NCBI GenBank assembly: GCA_032718475.1
Contig: JAUCBJ010007100.1
Coordinates: 1 to 52,001, forward strand
Direction of reading: 5' to 3'
Length of the DNA: 52,001 nt
Source of the DNA: Nemertoderma westbladi
Lineage: Eukaryota; Animalia; Xenacoelomorpha
The position numbers and the translations under genes were made by a program. This document shows positions 1-11,830 of this stretch, piece after piece. Numbering within the stretch: the stretch's first letter is position 1; each line of letters opens with the position of its first letter. Below the pieces are notes generated by a model. That model did not search any database and was not told the DNA's origin. It saw only the letters and a program-made list of their open reading frames with translations.

Positions 1-535
1 CGATTCCCATATCGCTGGCATCTCCAAATACATGGAGTTGATAGGAATACGTAGGGAGAACATGACCAAAATATGAACGAGAAATTATAAAGTTCTCGAT
101 GGCAGGTAGCGAGTCCTCCCATTTCATCCATTTCTTTAATAGTTCTCCCTTGAGTGGATCGTCCCACGAGTGGTTTTCCAGCCACATTTGTTGTACTAAA
201 CTCCGAGCAATCAATATAACTGGGCTAATAAATCCCAAGGGATCGAAATAAGTGCTCAGAATACTTAAACAAATCCGTTTGGTCCGAACTGGATTATCTC
301 GCTGTTTTAACTGAAAAAACAGGATGTCTCTTTCTGTGTCCCACTTCAAGCCAAGCGTCTTGGTTTCCGGAAGATCATCATGTATTAAGTCGAGATCTTT
401 TGATCCCCGGTCTTCTACAAATATTGCTTCCAGAAACTCACGGGAGTTGCTGGTGAACTTCGTCAATCGAAATCCACCTCTTTTCAAACTTTTAATAATT
501 AATTTCTGACAGATATTATTAGCTTTCGGGAAATA
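1..535 (-). mobile_element. BEL/Pao LTR retrotransposon pol fragment (RT C-terminus to RNase H), degraded
   Basis: Minus-strand translation gives GGFRLTKFTSNSRE, KTLGLKWDTERDIL, RTKRICLSILSTYFDPLGFISPV..QQMWLENHSWDDPL and QLHVFGDASDMGI, all typical BEL/Pao pol motifs. Frameshifted; runs off the window edge. Confidence 0.85.
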
Positions 536-1837
536 TTAACAGTTCCTTTAGGACGTGGCGCTCTATCTATTTAAACAGAACTAGGACTTATACTAAACGC
601 AACGATACTGCTTATGATTAAAGTATAAGGCGCATTCTTTAGGAAATGCTTTGTTACCAATCACAATCATGCACACTATTCTGCCGACCGTCAGTAAATT
701 CGATCACACATAAAGAGAGCAGCAATTGACTCATGTAGGGTCTGCTAAATAACATTAGATTCAATACACACCACATTGATATAAAATCGCAATTGTTATA
801 TATAGCCGGTCTCTCTAACCTGTAGTGTATCAAGAAAATTGGGAAATTTGGGTGATTTATCCGTATTCTCCAAAGGGCAATAATTCATCAACAAATAGAT
901 ACAATTAATAACTGACGGCAAATAACAGTACAAACAATATAATTAATAAGTAAAGTTCGGAAGAATAATATGATTACCAGTGAGTTAGTTAGATAGATGA
1001 TTGAGTTAGCAGGTCGGATAACAGTTATACTTTCGATAATTTAAGCAGTTTTACTAGAGTTCTTCCCAAAAAGCCGGTGTTATGGCGAAAAATGGGAACA
1101 CAACAACAGAATCATATAAAATCATATGACTACCTCCTCTACGAGGATACCAACTACCCTTATTCCCCGAAGCTCCCGTCCAACACAGAGGATGAGCAGT
1201 GAGATAGGAAAATTCAGTTCAGTAGCTCTGGGATAGGTCAAAATCAACGCCCACTCAAATTCTATTGGCCGATACGGACAGCAAGGCTGAGGCAACCTCC
1301 CTAAGCTGGTTGGCCGATTAAACGGAGCCCAGATACCTTCCTACAGCACATCAGCCAATAAGCTGGTAGCTTGCACTATTTTAGCTATAGATCCCTTTTA
1401 GAGTATTCTAGCGACCGGGGGGGAACTGGCCAGCAAGGCAAACGAATCAGTTATCCCACAAAAGCTTTTACAATCGTTAACGTCTGAACGTGTCCGTGTC
1501 CGACCGTAATGTTTATTGGTTTAGTGCAGTATCGGACGCGGACCAGTAGGGGAAAGTGTGGGAATTAGAAACACTTTTTGGTTTTAAAAAAATTAAAAGT
1601 GCCCTCATTTCTACACAAACATTCATAGAGGAAATATAACAATAACTATAGATTTGAAATCATGCATCTCTCTGCTAACAATAGAACATACTTTCTCGTC
1701 TGCCTATCACTATCTAGTAGTGACAGGCAGACGAGACAGACGAGTACAGCAGTATATCTCCATAAATCTGAGTGTGGGTACTATTTGGGTCAGTTCCAAT
1801 ACTTTGATGATAAAATCGCCACAACGGACTGACGGAG

Positions 1838-2396
1838 GTTATAGTTGCCACAACGGGGGAAGCAATCGCCACAACAGATGCTATAGTTGCCACAACGGGG
1901 GACACAATCGCCACAACAGATGTAGTTGCAACAACGGAGGAAACAATCGCCACTACGGAGGTCATAGTTGCCACAACGGGGGATACTATCGACACAACAG
2001 ATGCTATAGTTGCCACAACGGAGGAAATAATCGCCCCAACAGATGCTATAGTTGTCATAACGGGTGATACAATCGCCACAAGAGATGCTATAGTTGCCAC
2101 AACGGGGAAACAATCGACACAACAGATGCTATAGTATAGTTGCCACAACAGATGCTATAGTTGCCACAACGGAGGATACAATCGCCACAACAGATGCTAT
2201 AGTTGCCACAACGGAGGAAATAATCACCCCAGCAGATGCTATAGTTGCCACAATGGGGGATACAATCAACACAACAGATGCTTATAGTTGCCACAACGGG
2301 GGAAACAATCGCCACAACAGATGATATAGTTGCCACAACGGAGGAAATAATCGCCCCAACAGATGCTATAGTTGCCACAATGGGGGAAACAATCGC
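1838..2396. repeat. Degenerate 42-bp tandem repeat (ATAGTTGCCACAACGGRGGAWACAATCGCCACAACAGATGCT), ~13 copies
   Basis: Directly visible periodic sequence. It produces the repetitive ORFs at 1654-2520 (14-aa units), which are broken by indels. Confidence 0.9.
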
Positions 2397-2519
2397 GGCG
2401 GCAGGTGCAGGGTGTGTGACTATGGTGCGGATTTCGGGGGACGGGAGTGACTGGGTAGTGGAGTTGATGGGTGCGAGTGTGGTAGGAAGGAGGAACAGAC
2501 GTGCGAGTTGCTTTGGATG

Positions 2520-3450
2520 AACACAGGACTGGGGGTGATAGGTTCGGGATAGTGATAGTGCCTGCGAGGGGTTGGAGATGCATTGGTGGGAACCAAGACT
2601 GAGTGGTGAAGCGGGCGGGGCTGTTGGCTACGTGTGGGGATACGAGGAGGTCAGAGGACTCGTGTAGGTGGGCTGGGGGGGGGGGGGGGGATTCACCCAG
2701 TAGGATGATGGATGACTGTACCAGGGCTCGGAGCACAGATGTACGACGGATCATGGGACCAGGCCGCTTCGGGGGAGGGTACCGGATAGATCTGCCATTG
2801 TGGAATGATATCAATGACTGGCTGGGACGGATAGTGACGTCATTGGTTGTGAGGAATGGCATGCCCGCAAGAAGCAGAATGCTGAGGCTCGCGACGACGA
2901 GGCCGTGGAAGGGGAGGCTGAAGTCGTCATACGTGAGGTTGAATGAGGTTTCGCCGATGACATCGAGCATCGGGGAACCATCGGCTTTCATGTGTACTTG
3001 TTGGGAGCCCTGGTGATGGGGACGCCTAGGCGGATGGCGGTGTCGTGTGCGATCAGATCGGACTCGGCACCGCAGTCAAGGAGGATGTTGACAGGTTTGT
3101 GCTCATAGTGGGCGACAACTGCCGGACTAGGTTGTACGACCACTACATTAACCGAGGGATCGGAGGTCGGTGTTGGGACTGGATCGGGGTCGTCCTCGGG
3201 TTGATCACCGAACTCTTCATCTCCGTCGATGTGGACGAGGCGTGCTCGAGATTTGAAACGCTTGTCGGCGGGAGGGAGGAAGGGGCAACTGCTGAGGAAG
3301 TGGTCGGTACTTAAACGTTTTGTCTGTGTGCACAGGGGGCACCGGCGCGTAGATCGGCTGGAACCACGGGTTACGGGTGGTGGTGACGGTGGTCGCCAGG
3401 TCTGAGCACGGAAAGTGCGGACTTCGGCCGTGGTATGGAGTTCATTCAAC
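2520..3450 (-). mobile_element. Ty3/gypsy-like LTR retrotransposon gag-protease fragment
   Basis: ORF 2988..3449 has a Zn-knuckle-like CPLC..HFLSSC and an aspartic protease motif ILLDCGAESDLI. It continues after a frameshift in ORF 2266..2991 (ADGSPMLDVIGE..LLAGMPFL). No RT or integrase seen. Confidence 0.75.
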
Positions 3451-3592
3451 AGCGAGGAAAGCGCTTGAGAAACCTCAGCTTTATGCTTGCCAGGGTTCGG
3501 GAACGAAGTTCGGTCCCGTACCGTTGCTGGACGAGTCGTGCTGTCGTGGGAGATCCGGATCGATCAGACGAAGCCAAACTAAGACGATAAAG

Positions 3593-4552
3593 TGCCATAT
3601 CCGTATGCACGCACATACGCGTATGTGCGTATGTAATGGATTCATATGGAGAATAATCCGTATGTGATTTTAAAGATTAGGCATTGCAGACCAGTAAGAA
3701 GTGCACAGCACACATGCAGACTGAAGACAGGTAGGCCTACTTAAATGCGATATGATTTTTTAAAGAGTGCGGCTGCCGCTACCTAATGGCAAATAAACAT
3801 TGTAGGTCCAGGATGAGTGACAGATGATGTTCTTCAGCCCCGGGATGCGCCACAGCGCTTGTTTTATTGTACTAACTGACACCTGGCCGCCCGGTTGGAC
3901 TTAGATTAATTACTGGCACCCGGTTGCAATCGCTGACACGTGGTTTGACTAACTGGCACTACGTTGGACTTGTTGGCACTTGGCTGCATATGGTTAACTA
4001 AATACTGGCCCCGAAACAGCGAAAGTAAAGGTACATATATTATATGTTTATAAATTCACAAAGAAGAACAGACTGACACGACGGTTTTCAATATCTGTGC
4101 GAATATTTATTCCCTTAGCATTCTCATTGCTGCTTCTATCAGTCTATACTATGTTAGTGCCATATACTGCAGTACTGTAGCAACCAACAACATTCTATAG
4201 CCAGGTTGGTGGAAAAACAGTTCAAAAATAAATCACGGTTGGTTAGATTTCCAAGCGGCGTCAAGAAGAGTTATGGTTAATAGGTACTGCACTGCTGGGC
4301 ATCCCGGGGCTGGCGGACACCGGCTGTCACTCATCCTGGACCTGTCCTGCATTGTTTATTTGACAAAAGGTAGCGGCAGCCATACTCTTTAAATCACTTA
4401 GCTTTAAGTAGGCCTACCTGTCAGCCTGTCTTCAGTCTGCATGTGTGATGTGCACTTCTTACTGGTCCGCAATGCCTAATCTCTAAAATCACATACGGAT
4501 TAATTCTCCACAGGAATCCATTACATACGGCACATACGCGTATGGATACGGC
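3593..4552. mobile_element. Non-autonomous foldback/MITE-like element with ~260-bp diverged terminal inverted repeats
   Basis: 3593-3855 is a diverged reverse complement of 4292-4552 (e.g. GACCAGTAAGAAGTGCACA / TGTGCACTTCTTACTGGTC; GGTCCAGGATGAGTGACAG / CTGTCACTCATCCTGGACC). No clear TSD. Confidence 0.8.
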
Positions 4553-5615
4553 GAAAAGTTATACCCTTTTAAAATGTGTTTTATTTTCCATTGTAAAGAC
4601 CTATATAATATATGTACAGTAGGCCTATATACTGTAATATAATATATGTACAGTAGGCAGTCAGGCAGTGGCTTCACTTTCTTTATAATTTCTATATATT
4701 ATACTTATTTTTTTTTATTTATTCAGTATAGCCTTTATCCCAATAAGGGTCATGGCAATACATACATACATACATACGTAATGAACAGTAATTATACCTA
4801 CAGTATAAATGTTTATGAGTTTACGGCCAACCAACAGACCAATAAAGCATAGGTACTAAATAAGCAAAACTAGATACACAAAACAATGAGAGCCAGATCT
4901 AAACAGACTTACCTACTGTAATGCAAAGCAAATTGAATAAGATAAATAAGTGACATGAGAAGGAAGTTGGGCCGCACTCGTTACGAGTAGTTTGATTACG
5001 AATTTGGCTTACAGGGAGATCTAAATGCTTTTAATTTAGAAGTTCGTATTTATTTATTACTTTCTATACACTGACTAGCGAACTTGACTTGTCTGTACTT
5101 TGCCATATGTGCTTCTGTTTGGTTTATGTGCAATTGATTTTATTATTGTTCTGGCGACATTACATTAATATAATAACATAACATAATTAACTTAGGCTAC
5201 TGTCAACTGTTAATTCTTTACATTACAACCGTCACTTTATAACACAGAAAAGTACGTCTACGTGGACAGGTGGACCTGATACATCAGCCTGTGCACCTCG
5301 ACCTCAGCACCTACAGTCAGTGATAACTGCTGAACTGTATACAGGTATTAGGCCTATAACAGTATAATAGTACGGGTGCTTAGATCGTGGCTTTTCCAGT
5401 TAACATTATTCCATTTTGTATAAAACAAGTGATGTGGTTGGAGAAACCTGCAAGGGGTTGCTTACCAGGCCCGTATGGTGATCATAATATCTGGGGGGGC
5501 AGAGGCCAAATCTGGGGGGGGGGGGGGGGCAAACCCATAACTGGGATTTGGGGAGTATACAAAAAAGTGAGAGTAAATTTAGTACATAAAGTATAATCAA
5601 TATTGATTAAAGGTG

Positions 5616-6611
5616 TGTGGGGCGACCCACGAAGTTGGCGGAGCCTTGGCAAATTGACACTGTTAAGGATAATGTCAATAATGGCAAATAGTTGTTGACG
5701 TAGCTATTTTGACATTCATATAAGGCAGAATTTATTTAAAGCTGTCGAATTGAAAATTTGTAGGCATATGTCAAAAACTTGACATTATTTAAGCGACTTT
5801 TGACCCCAACAGTCTCCCGCTAGATGGCTACATGTCTAAACATTAAATGTCCTCCCATTTATTTGCTTTTAATCCGTTTAAGCTGACACTTGGCAGAATT
5901 GTACTCGACCATTAGCTGTGTCATTTAAACGTTTTCTGTGGTCTTAACCCTTGTGTACCCCTTCGTTCTCAAACAGATGATTCCTTTGAGTTCAATTTTG
6001 ATCTCAGGTAAATGAGAGGGTTGGTTGGGGTGGTCCAAAAAAACTTTTTGTCGAATTTAAACTGAGTTTGCACATCAGATGTCATCAAATGAGCCCAAAC
6101 TTCGATAGATACCAAAATTTTGATTTGGGGATGACAGGAAATATTCCCACAGGCACATGGCCAGTTCCCGCCCTTGGTGCAAGTGAGTCATATTCCCCAT
6201 TTTTGTGATGATCAACTTCTATTATTCCTACTGCATTGATGTTTATGCTCAATAGAACCGCAATGACCGATTTAGTTGGTGTAGACACCTTCAAAACAAC
6301 CATACAGCGAATAGTTTTTGAGATATTGCAGATAATGTGAAGTCCGGCACAAGTCAAAATTAGCGCCTTGCGCCTTGATTCGATATTGACAAATACCTGA
6401 CAAATGTCTCAAAAACTATTCGCTTTATGGTTGTTTTGAAGGTGTCTACAACAACTAAATCGGTCATTGCGGTTCTAAATGAGCATAATATCAATGCAGT
6501 AGGAATATTAGAAGTGGATCATCACAAAATTGGGAATATGACTCACTTGACTCACTTTCAAGATTCCACTTGCATAAATTTATATCACGTGCTGCGCGAA
6601 GGACCCACTTC
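5616..6611 (+). mobile_element. Truncated/interrupted copy of the Helentron-like (HINE-like) family at 47827-49168
   Basis: Shares the 5' end (GTGGGGCGA.CCACGAAGTTGGCGGAGCCTT), one internal unit (GTCTCCCGCTAGA..CATGTCTAAACATTAAATG) and the 3' end (CACGTGCTGCGCGAAGG.CCCACTTC) with the 47.8-49.2 kb copy. Confidence 0.7.
6180..6549. repeat. ~150-bp inverted repeat pair separated by ~75 bp (foldback hairpin)
   Basis: 6180-6328 and 6403-6549 are near reverse complements; the same peptide MVVLKVST.TKSVIAVL appears in ORFs on opposite strands. Confidence 0.85.
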
Positions 6612-7177
6612 AGGTTTAATATGGTTAAGGTTAAGTTACAACAAATTATAGCTATGGATAGCAGCGCAAGCAACCCTCAGCGCCAAGCCTTTTAGCTGCA
6701 AGCTGGCTCCCAAACTACAAGCAAATAAACAATGGGTCAACAACAAACAACCCCTCCACCCAGCCACCCTGGTAAGCCAATGAGAGAACCTAGAGCTTTC
6801 GAGTATTTTTAGTAATTATTACAGGTGCTGCTACCTGCTAGTGTTAGTCAGTTAGTAATCGAGTAAGCCATAATATTATATGGTCTGATGGTACAATACC
6901 AGGCACAATATATGCACAGATGCAAGAAAAAAAACGTATGTAGTTTAAGTGGATTAGTTTAATTACAATGATGTAAACTGTAAATGAAATATTTATAGTT
7001 AAGTCCGGATTAGTAATAAACATACTTGTACTTATACAATATCTCATTGAAGTACTTGCCACGTAGTAATATTCAATGTGGGCAAAAATGCAGGTCTCAC
7101 ATATCAGTTCATCACCCCGAATCTCGTGTTGCGTTTTATTCACACAACTTTTATGATACCAACCACTTCGTGCAAAC

Positions 7178-7390
7178 GGGGTGTAAATGCTACGCCGTAA
7201 CGCCGACAGCCAACGCCGACAACCATTATTAAAGCTAATTAATGTTATTTATTAATTGAAGGAAAGGAACAGGTTACAGTGGAAGGTTAGTCTAACCAAA
7301 ACAATAAACGAGAGTTACGAACTCAGGTTACATTTTCATATTTGCTGTTGTCGGCAGTGGTTGCCGGTTGTCGGCGTAGTGTTTACACCC
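7178..7390. mobile_element. Small MITE with 8-bp TSD
   Basis: Ends GGGGTGTAAATGCTACGCC / GGCGTAGTGTTTACACCC; flanked on both sides by GTGCAAAC (7170-7177, 7391-7398). Confidence 0.7.
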
Positions 7391-8231
7391 GTGCAAACCT
7401 TACATCCTATCCATTCAATTGGTCCAAGGTCTGTCTGTAGCATTCCCGAAACGCGAGTAGCAAAAAGAACAATGCTGGCAGGCTGGACAACGTTGAAATT
7501 GTTTAGTTTCGCTGTTGGTTCTCCTTTTATCAATTTTTTGTTTGTGTCTCGATAACACAGAGGTTGTTGTGTACTTATTATCGTATAAATTACATTCCAC
7601 TACTTTTTTAATCGTCTCATTACTGCTGCCATGTAACTACTGTACCACGAGAAAGAATAAGGCCCCTTTAAGGCTTAATGTATTGAATTAACAAAACCTG
7701 CTATCTATTAGGTATTGGCTACTAGATTACAGTAATTACTGTTGATTCAATTCTTAATAATTTGCTTTGCTGTACCTACTGTACTGTTCTTCTGCCTGAC
7801 GCCTGAATGCTTTCGGTATAACTTGTACTGTATAATGAAACAGACAAGGCCAGTCTCAAGGGTAGGTGTACGGCCTAATAGAATAGTGAATACAGATACT
7901 GAGATATGGAATAATGTTAACCTGAACTTTTTCATGGTAGCAATATTCCATTCTCATTGACTCAGTGTTAAGCAGGATTAACGCGATTGGTTGCTGCTTA
8001 GTACAGTTAGTAGTAGCAGCTTTCTCCAACCACATCACATGTTTTATACAAAATGGAATAATGTTAACTGGAAAAGCCACGATCTAAGCACCAGTTATAA
8101 TAGTTCGGTAATATTTTAATTTTATATCATCTGAATAATATCATCTGAATCTAATATATGATACTGTATCATCATCTGATCATCTAATATCATCTGAATA
8201 CCTGAATACAGGCTGACAGCAATACAGCAAT

Positions 8232-11200
8232 ATGTCGTCATCTGCCAGTGATATTATTCTCAGAAAAAAACTTTCCCCCTCCGCTTCAAACAGAGGGAAA
8301 CATTTTCCACGTAAGTCGAGGTCCAATATCAATTATTATAGTCCCGAAATTGCGAGTGATTCGGATTTTGAAGCCGATATTCGGTCTTCATCAATTAATG
8401 TTGCAAATTCGCACCACAAAACTAAAATCAGTCGACGGACTGAAAACAAACCATCCTCTGATGAGAGTGATTCAGATTTCGAATATATAAAACGAACTGA
8501 TTCATCGAAAAAAGTTACCGCCACTCGAGATTGTCCAAAACGACAATCTAAATCGAGAAATATTAACCACAATTTGGATAACTATGGCTCTATTCGTTCA
8601 TTAAGTGACACCGTCGAACCGATGAATCGCTCTTTGCGGAAATCTAGGGAAGTCAGTTATCGCGAACTGAGTGACGAGGAGGATATCATCTCATCCAACT
8701 TGGGGAGTCTTTCTTTAGTAAAACGATCTCCATTAATAACTGCATTACCTCTCAATGATAGAAAGCAGATTACTGGGGCGAGCGGAGGTCGCACCTTGAA
8801 GGCTCACGAGAACGTCTACGATTTTGAATCTTCCGATGATTTTAGCGATGGGGGTGGTCAGTTTGGGGTTAATAGTTCGGCTAATAAAACGCGAAGATCT
8901 GCAGCGAACTCAGCTCCCAGGGGTTTCAGGAACTTCCGTTTAACCAACAACATTGGCGATCCTACGGATAATACGAACGAGTTGGTGGAGGCGACATTGT
9001 CTGTTGGTATCGGGATTTATCAGAACGTTGTAGAGAACAGGGATGATAATGGGGTTGGTAACAGGGTGAATACCGGTAATGGGGTTGGTAAAAGGGTGTA
9101 TAATGTGGTTGGTAACAGGGTGGATAATGGGGTTGGTAACAGATGGGCTAATGGGGTTGGTAAAAGGGTGGATAATGGGGTTGGTAAAAGGGTGGACAAT
9201 GGGCTTGGTAACAGGGTGGATAATGGGGTTGGTAACAGGGTGGATAATGGGGTTGGTAAAAGGGTGGATCCCCGGGTTGGTAACAGGGTGGATAATGGGG
9301 TTGGTAACAGGGTAGATATCCCTTCCGATAAGGAATACCGGACTCCACAAAGGACTCTACGCGGGCGTTCAGTAGCTAAATCCAGCATCACCCTGCGTAA
9401 CAGCGTCACGATCGCGACTCCGTTGGAGGATACTGTTGCTATGGATTCGGACCGGGATCTCAGGACACTTCGGGACTCCGCCCGGGGAAAGTCCCCGCTA
9501 CCGGGAAGGAAAACTCCCCGTAAAGCCGCCAAGGTTCCTGAATTTATTAGTCCGCCTCGGGTCGATTTGGTTTTGGATCGGGAGGATATAAGTCCGAGAC
9601 GGAAAGCGTACCCGAGGCGGACCGGAAGTGGAGGGAGACTGACCGGAAGTGGAACTGTCGGGACTCCCAGTCGAGTTCGCTTCACGAACCCATTAATAGT
9701 CCCGGACAGACGACTGGAAGTCCCGGACACCCCCTCTCGTCAGGGTGGCGAGGACACCCCCTCACGTCCGGGTGTCCGGGACACTCCTTCACGTCTGGAT
9801 GTCCGGGACACCCCCTCACGTCCGGGTGTCCGGAACACTCCTTCCCGTCTGGATGTCCGGGACACTCCCTCCCGTCCGGTTGTCCGGGACACTCCATCCC
9901 GTCCGGAATCTCCGGACACCCCCTCCCGTCCGCTGCTTTCCCAAAGACCCCCGCGCTCTACCAAGAAGCCGGTGGACTACACCGCCAAGGACTACTGGAA
10001 CACCTCGGGGATATTCGCCCTAGAACGGAAGATCCAGTCCCAAAGAGAACGGAAGCGACTGCGACTCCCGTCCGCCGTCCACGGTGACGCCGATGAGTTC
10101 AGCGACGAATCTGATGACGTCACCACGGACGGTTCGATGACGTCATCATCAGACGATACGGACGATCGGTTGGATAAATCGTGTTCTATATCGCCGCCGA
10201 AAATACCGAAACTATGTGGCGCCTTGGATTCTGTGTTAACGACCGAGCGCGCTAGGAAGGGTACACGGGGGCGCGGTGGGGTCGCCAAAGGGCGAGGTAG
10301 TAAGTCCGCCGTCACCCCGAGACCAACCGACCGTAGAGGAACCGACTTACCCCGTAGATCGACGACCTTCACCGACCCCGCAACCCCAATAGGGCGGCTT
10401 CGCCAGAGCCTCCATGTAGCGGCGGTGCCAGACGCGCTGCCGTGTCGGGAACGCGAGACGCAGCAGATCCGACGGTTCGTTGAGTCACACCTCTTGGGCG
10501 GCGGCGGCGGCTGTATGTACATCTCGGGGGTCCCGGGTACCGGGAAGACCTCCACGGTGCTGGCCGTGGTCTCTGCGTGTCGCGACGCCCCGCATCTACC
10601 CGCCTTCCGATTGGTCCACGTGAACGGGATGTCGCTGACGGCCCCCGCCCAGTCCATGGTGGCGATCCACGAGCAGCTGACCGGCGAGCGGCTCGCCGCC
10701 GACGCGGCCACCGAGCGGCTACAGACGCGGTTCTCCGCGGCTCGTAAACGGCGGGACCGTCCCGTTCTCCTCGTCGTCGACGAGTTGGATCTCCTCCACA
10801 CGCCGCGGCAGCACGTCATCTACAACATCTTTGAGTGGCCGATTCTCCCCCACAGCGGCCTCGTTGTTCTGGCGATCGCCAACACGATGGATCTCCCGGA
10901 GCGCGCGCTCAACCGGATCTCGAGTCGCGTCGGTTTCTCTCGCGTCGTCTTCCAGCCCTACACGTTCCGACAGCTCAAGGAGATTGTGGCGTCCCGCGTA
11001 GCCTCTGGTGGCGGCGCTGTGGCGTCCAGTGGCGCGGTGTTCAATGATGACGCGATGGAATTGGCGGCGCGCAAAGTGGCCGCGCAAACCGGAGACGCGC
11101 GACGCGCACTCGATATATGTCGACTGGCGGCGGAGATTGCGGAACGAGAGTCGGTCGCTATAGGGACCGGGGGGGTTGCTAGGGAACCTGGAGCGGAACG

Positions 11201-11621
11201 GAGGAAAACGCGAGTTGCCAAGGCAACCGTGGTTGCCAAGGAGACCTCCGAGATTCGCGTTGCTATGCGGCATGTTAACGCGGCCTTAGACGAGATGTAC
11301 AGCTGCCCGATGGTGCTGGCTGTACAGCAATCCTCTATTCTAGAACAATACTTCCTGAAGGCTATGGTTGCGGAGTTCCGACGCACCGGATTGGAGGAAG
11401 CCGAGTTGGCGGTGGTGCGTCGCCAGATGGCGTCGCTCTGTAGACTGGAGGGCTTCCCAGCACCGCTGGAGGGAGTTGTGTTCTCGGTGTTGGATGGGTT
11501 GTTCAGTCGACGAGTTGTGTTAGTGGAACCTGGACCCGCCCACCAACACCAGCGAATCAGATTCAATCTTAGTATCGATGACGTCACTTACGCCCTTAAT
11601 CATAATAAAGTTTGTTTATAA
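8232..11621 (+). CDS. ORC1: Origin recognition complex subunit 1 (AAA+ ATPase plus winged helix), single exon, 1129 aa
   Basis: [29 protein letters not shown] (Walker A), [11 protein letters not shown] (Walker B), [53 protein letters not shown] and a C-terminal [13 protein letters not shown]. These are ORC1-type rather than CDC6-type motifs. Long low-complexity N-terminus. Confidence 0.95.
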   Translation: MSSSASDIILRKKLSPSASNRGKHFPRKSRSNINYYSPEIASDSDFEADIRSSSINVANSHHKTKISRRTENKPSSDESDSDFEYIKRTDSSKKVTATRDCPKRQSKSRNINHNLDNYGSIRSLSDTVEPMNRSLRKSREVSYRELSDEEDIISSNLGSLSLVKRSPLITALPLNDRKQITGASGGRTLKAHENVYDFESSDDFSDGGGQFGVNSSANKTRRSAANSAPRGFRNFRLTNNIGDPTDNTNELVEATLSVGIGIYQNVVENRDDNGVGNRVNTGNGVGKRVYNVVGNRVDNGVGNRWANGVGKRVDNGVGKRVDNGLGNRVDNGVGNRVDNGVGKRVDPRVGNRVDNGVGNRVDIPSDKEYRTPQRTLRGRSVAKSSITLRNSVTIATPLEDTVAMDSDRDLRTLRDSARGKSPLPGRKTPRKAAKVPEFISPPRVDLVLDREDISPRRKAYPRRTGSGGRLTGSGTVGTPSRVRFTNPLIVPDRRLEVPDTPSRQGGEDTPSRPGVRDTPSRLDVRDTPSRPGVRNTPSRLDVRDTPSRPVVRDTPSRPESPDTPSRPLLSQRPPRSTKKPVDYTAKDYWNTSGIFALERKIQSQRERKRLRLPSAVHGDADEFSDESDDVTTDGSMTSSSDDTDDRLDKSCSISPPKIPKLCGALDSVLTTERARKGTRGRGGVAKGRGSKSAVTPRPTDRRGTDLPRRSTTFTDPATPIGRLRQSLHVAAVPDALPCRERETQQIRRFVESHLLGGGGGCMYISGVPGTGKTSTVLAVVSACRDAPHLPAFRLVHVNGMSLTAPAQSMVAIHEQLTGERLAADAATERLQTRFSAARKRRDRPVLLVVDELDLLHTPRQHVIYNIFEWPILPHSGLVVLAIANTMDLPERALNRISSRVGFSRVVFQPYTFRQLKEIVASRVASGGGAVASSGAVFNDDAMELAARKVAAQTGDARRALDICRLAAEIAERESVAIGTGGVAREPGAERRKTRVAKATVVAKETSEIRVAMRHVNAALDEMYSCPMVLAVQQSSILEQYFLKAMVAEFRRTGLEEAELAVVRRQMASLCRLEGFPAPLEGVVFSVLDGLFSRRVVLVEPGPAHQHQRIRFNLSIDDVTYALNHNKVCL
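9044..9316 (+). repeat. Coding 24-bp minisatellite in ORC1 (DNGVG[NK]RV x11)
   Basis: GGATAATGGGGTTGGTAA(C/A)AGGGT units, in frame. Confidence 0.9.
9720..9931 (+). repeat. Coding 27-bp minisatellite in ORC1 ([DN]TPSRxxxx x8)
   Basis: GTCCGGGACACYCCYTCMCGTCYGGRT units, in frame, with frequent third-position variation. Confidence 0.9.
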
Positions 11622-11712
11622 ACAACCAATCATATTAGATTCCATTAGTCATACACATTTATCATAGATTTCTCATTATATTTTATTGTTTATTTTTGCA
11701 TTTAGTGAGCTG

Positions 11713-11830
11713 AGCAGTGCGTAACCATGGATACCAGTTAGCAGTACGTAACCATGGATACCAGACAAGTTAGCAGTACGTAACCATGGATACCAGTTAG
11801 CAGTACGTAACCATGGATACCAGTTCGCAG
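11713..11830. repeat. 27-bp tandem repeat x4 just downstream of the ORC1 stop (CAGTTAGCAGTACGTAACCATGGATAC)
   Basis: Directly visible. Confidence 0.85.

Larger units (their letters stand above)
5375..8092. mobile_element. 2.7-kb non-autonomous DNA transposon with ~75-bp TIRs and nested insertions, directly upstream of ORC1
   Basis: GGTGCTTAGATCGTGGCTTTTCCAGTTAACATTATTCCATTTTGTATAAAAC..GGAGAAA at 5375 has a near-perfect reverse complement ending at 8092. Confidence 0.8.

Noticed and set aside
8336-11587. Antisense and alternative-frame ORFs over ORC1
   Set aside because: Shadow ORFs of a GC-rich, repeat-containing coding strand.
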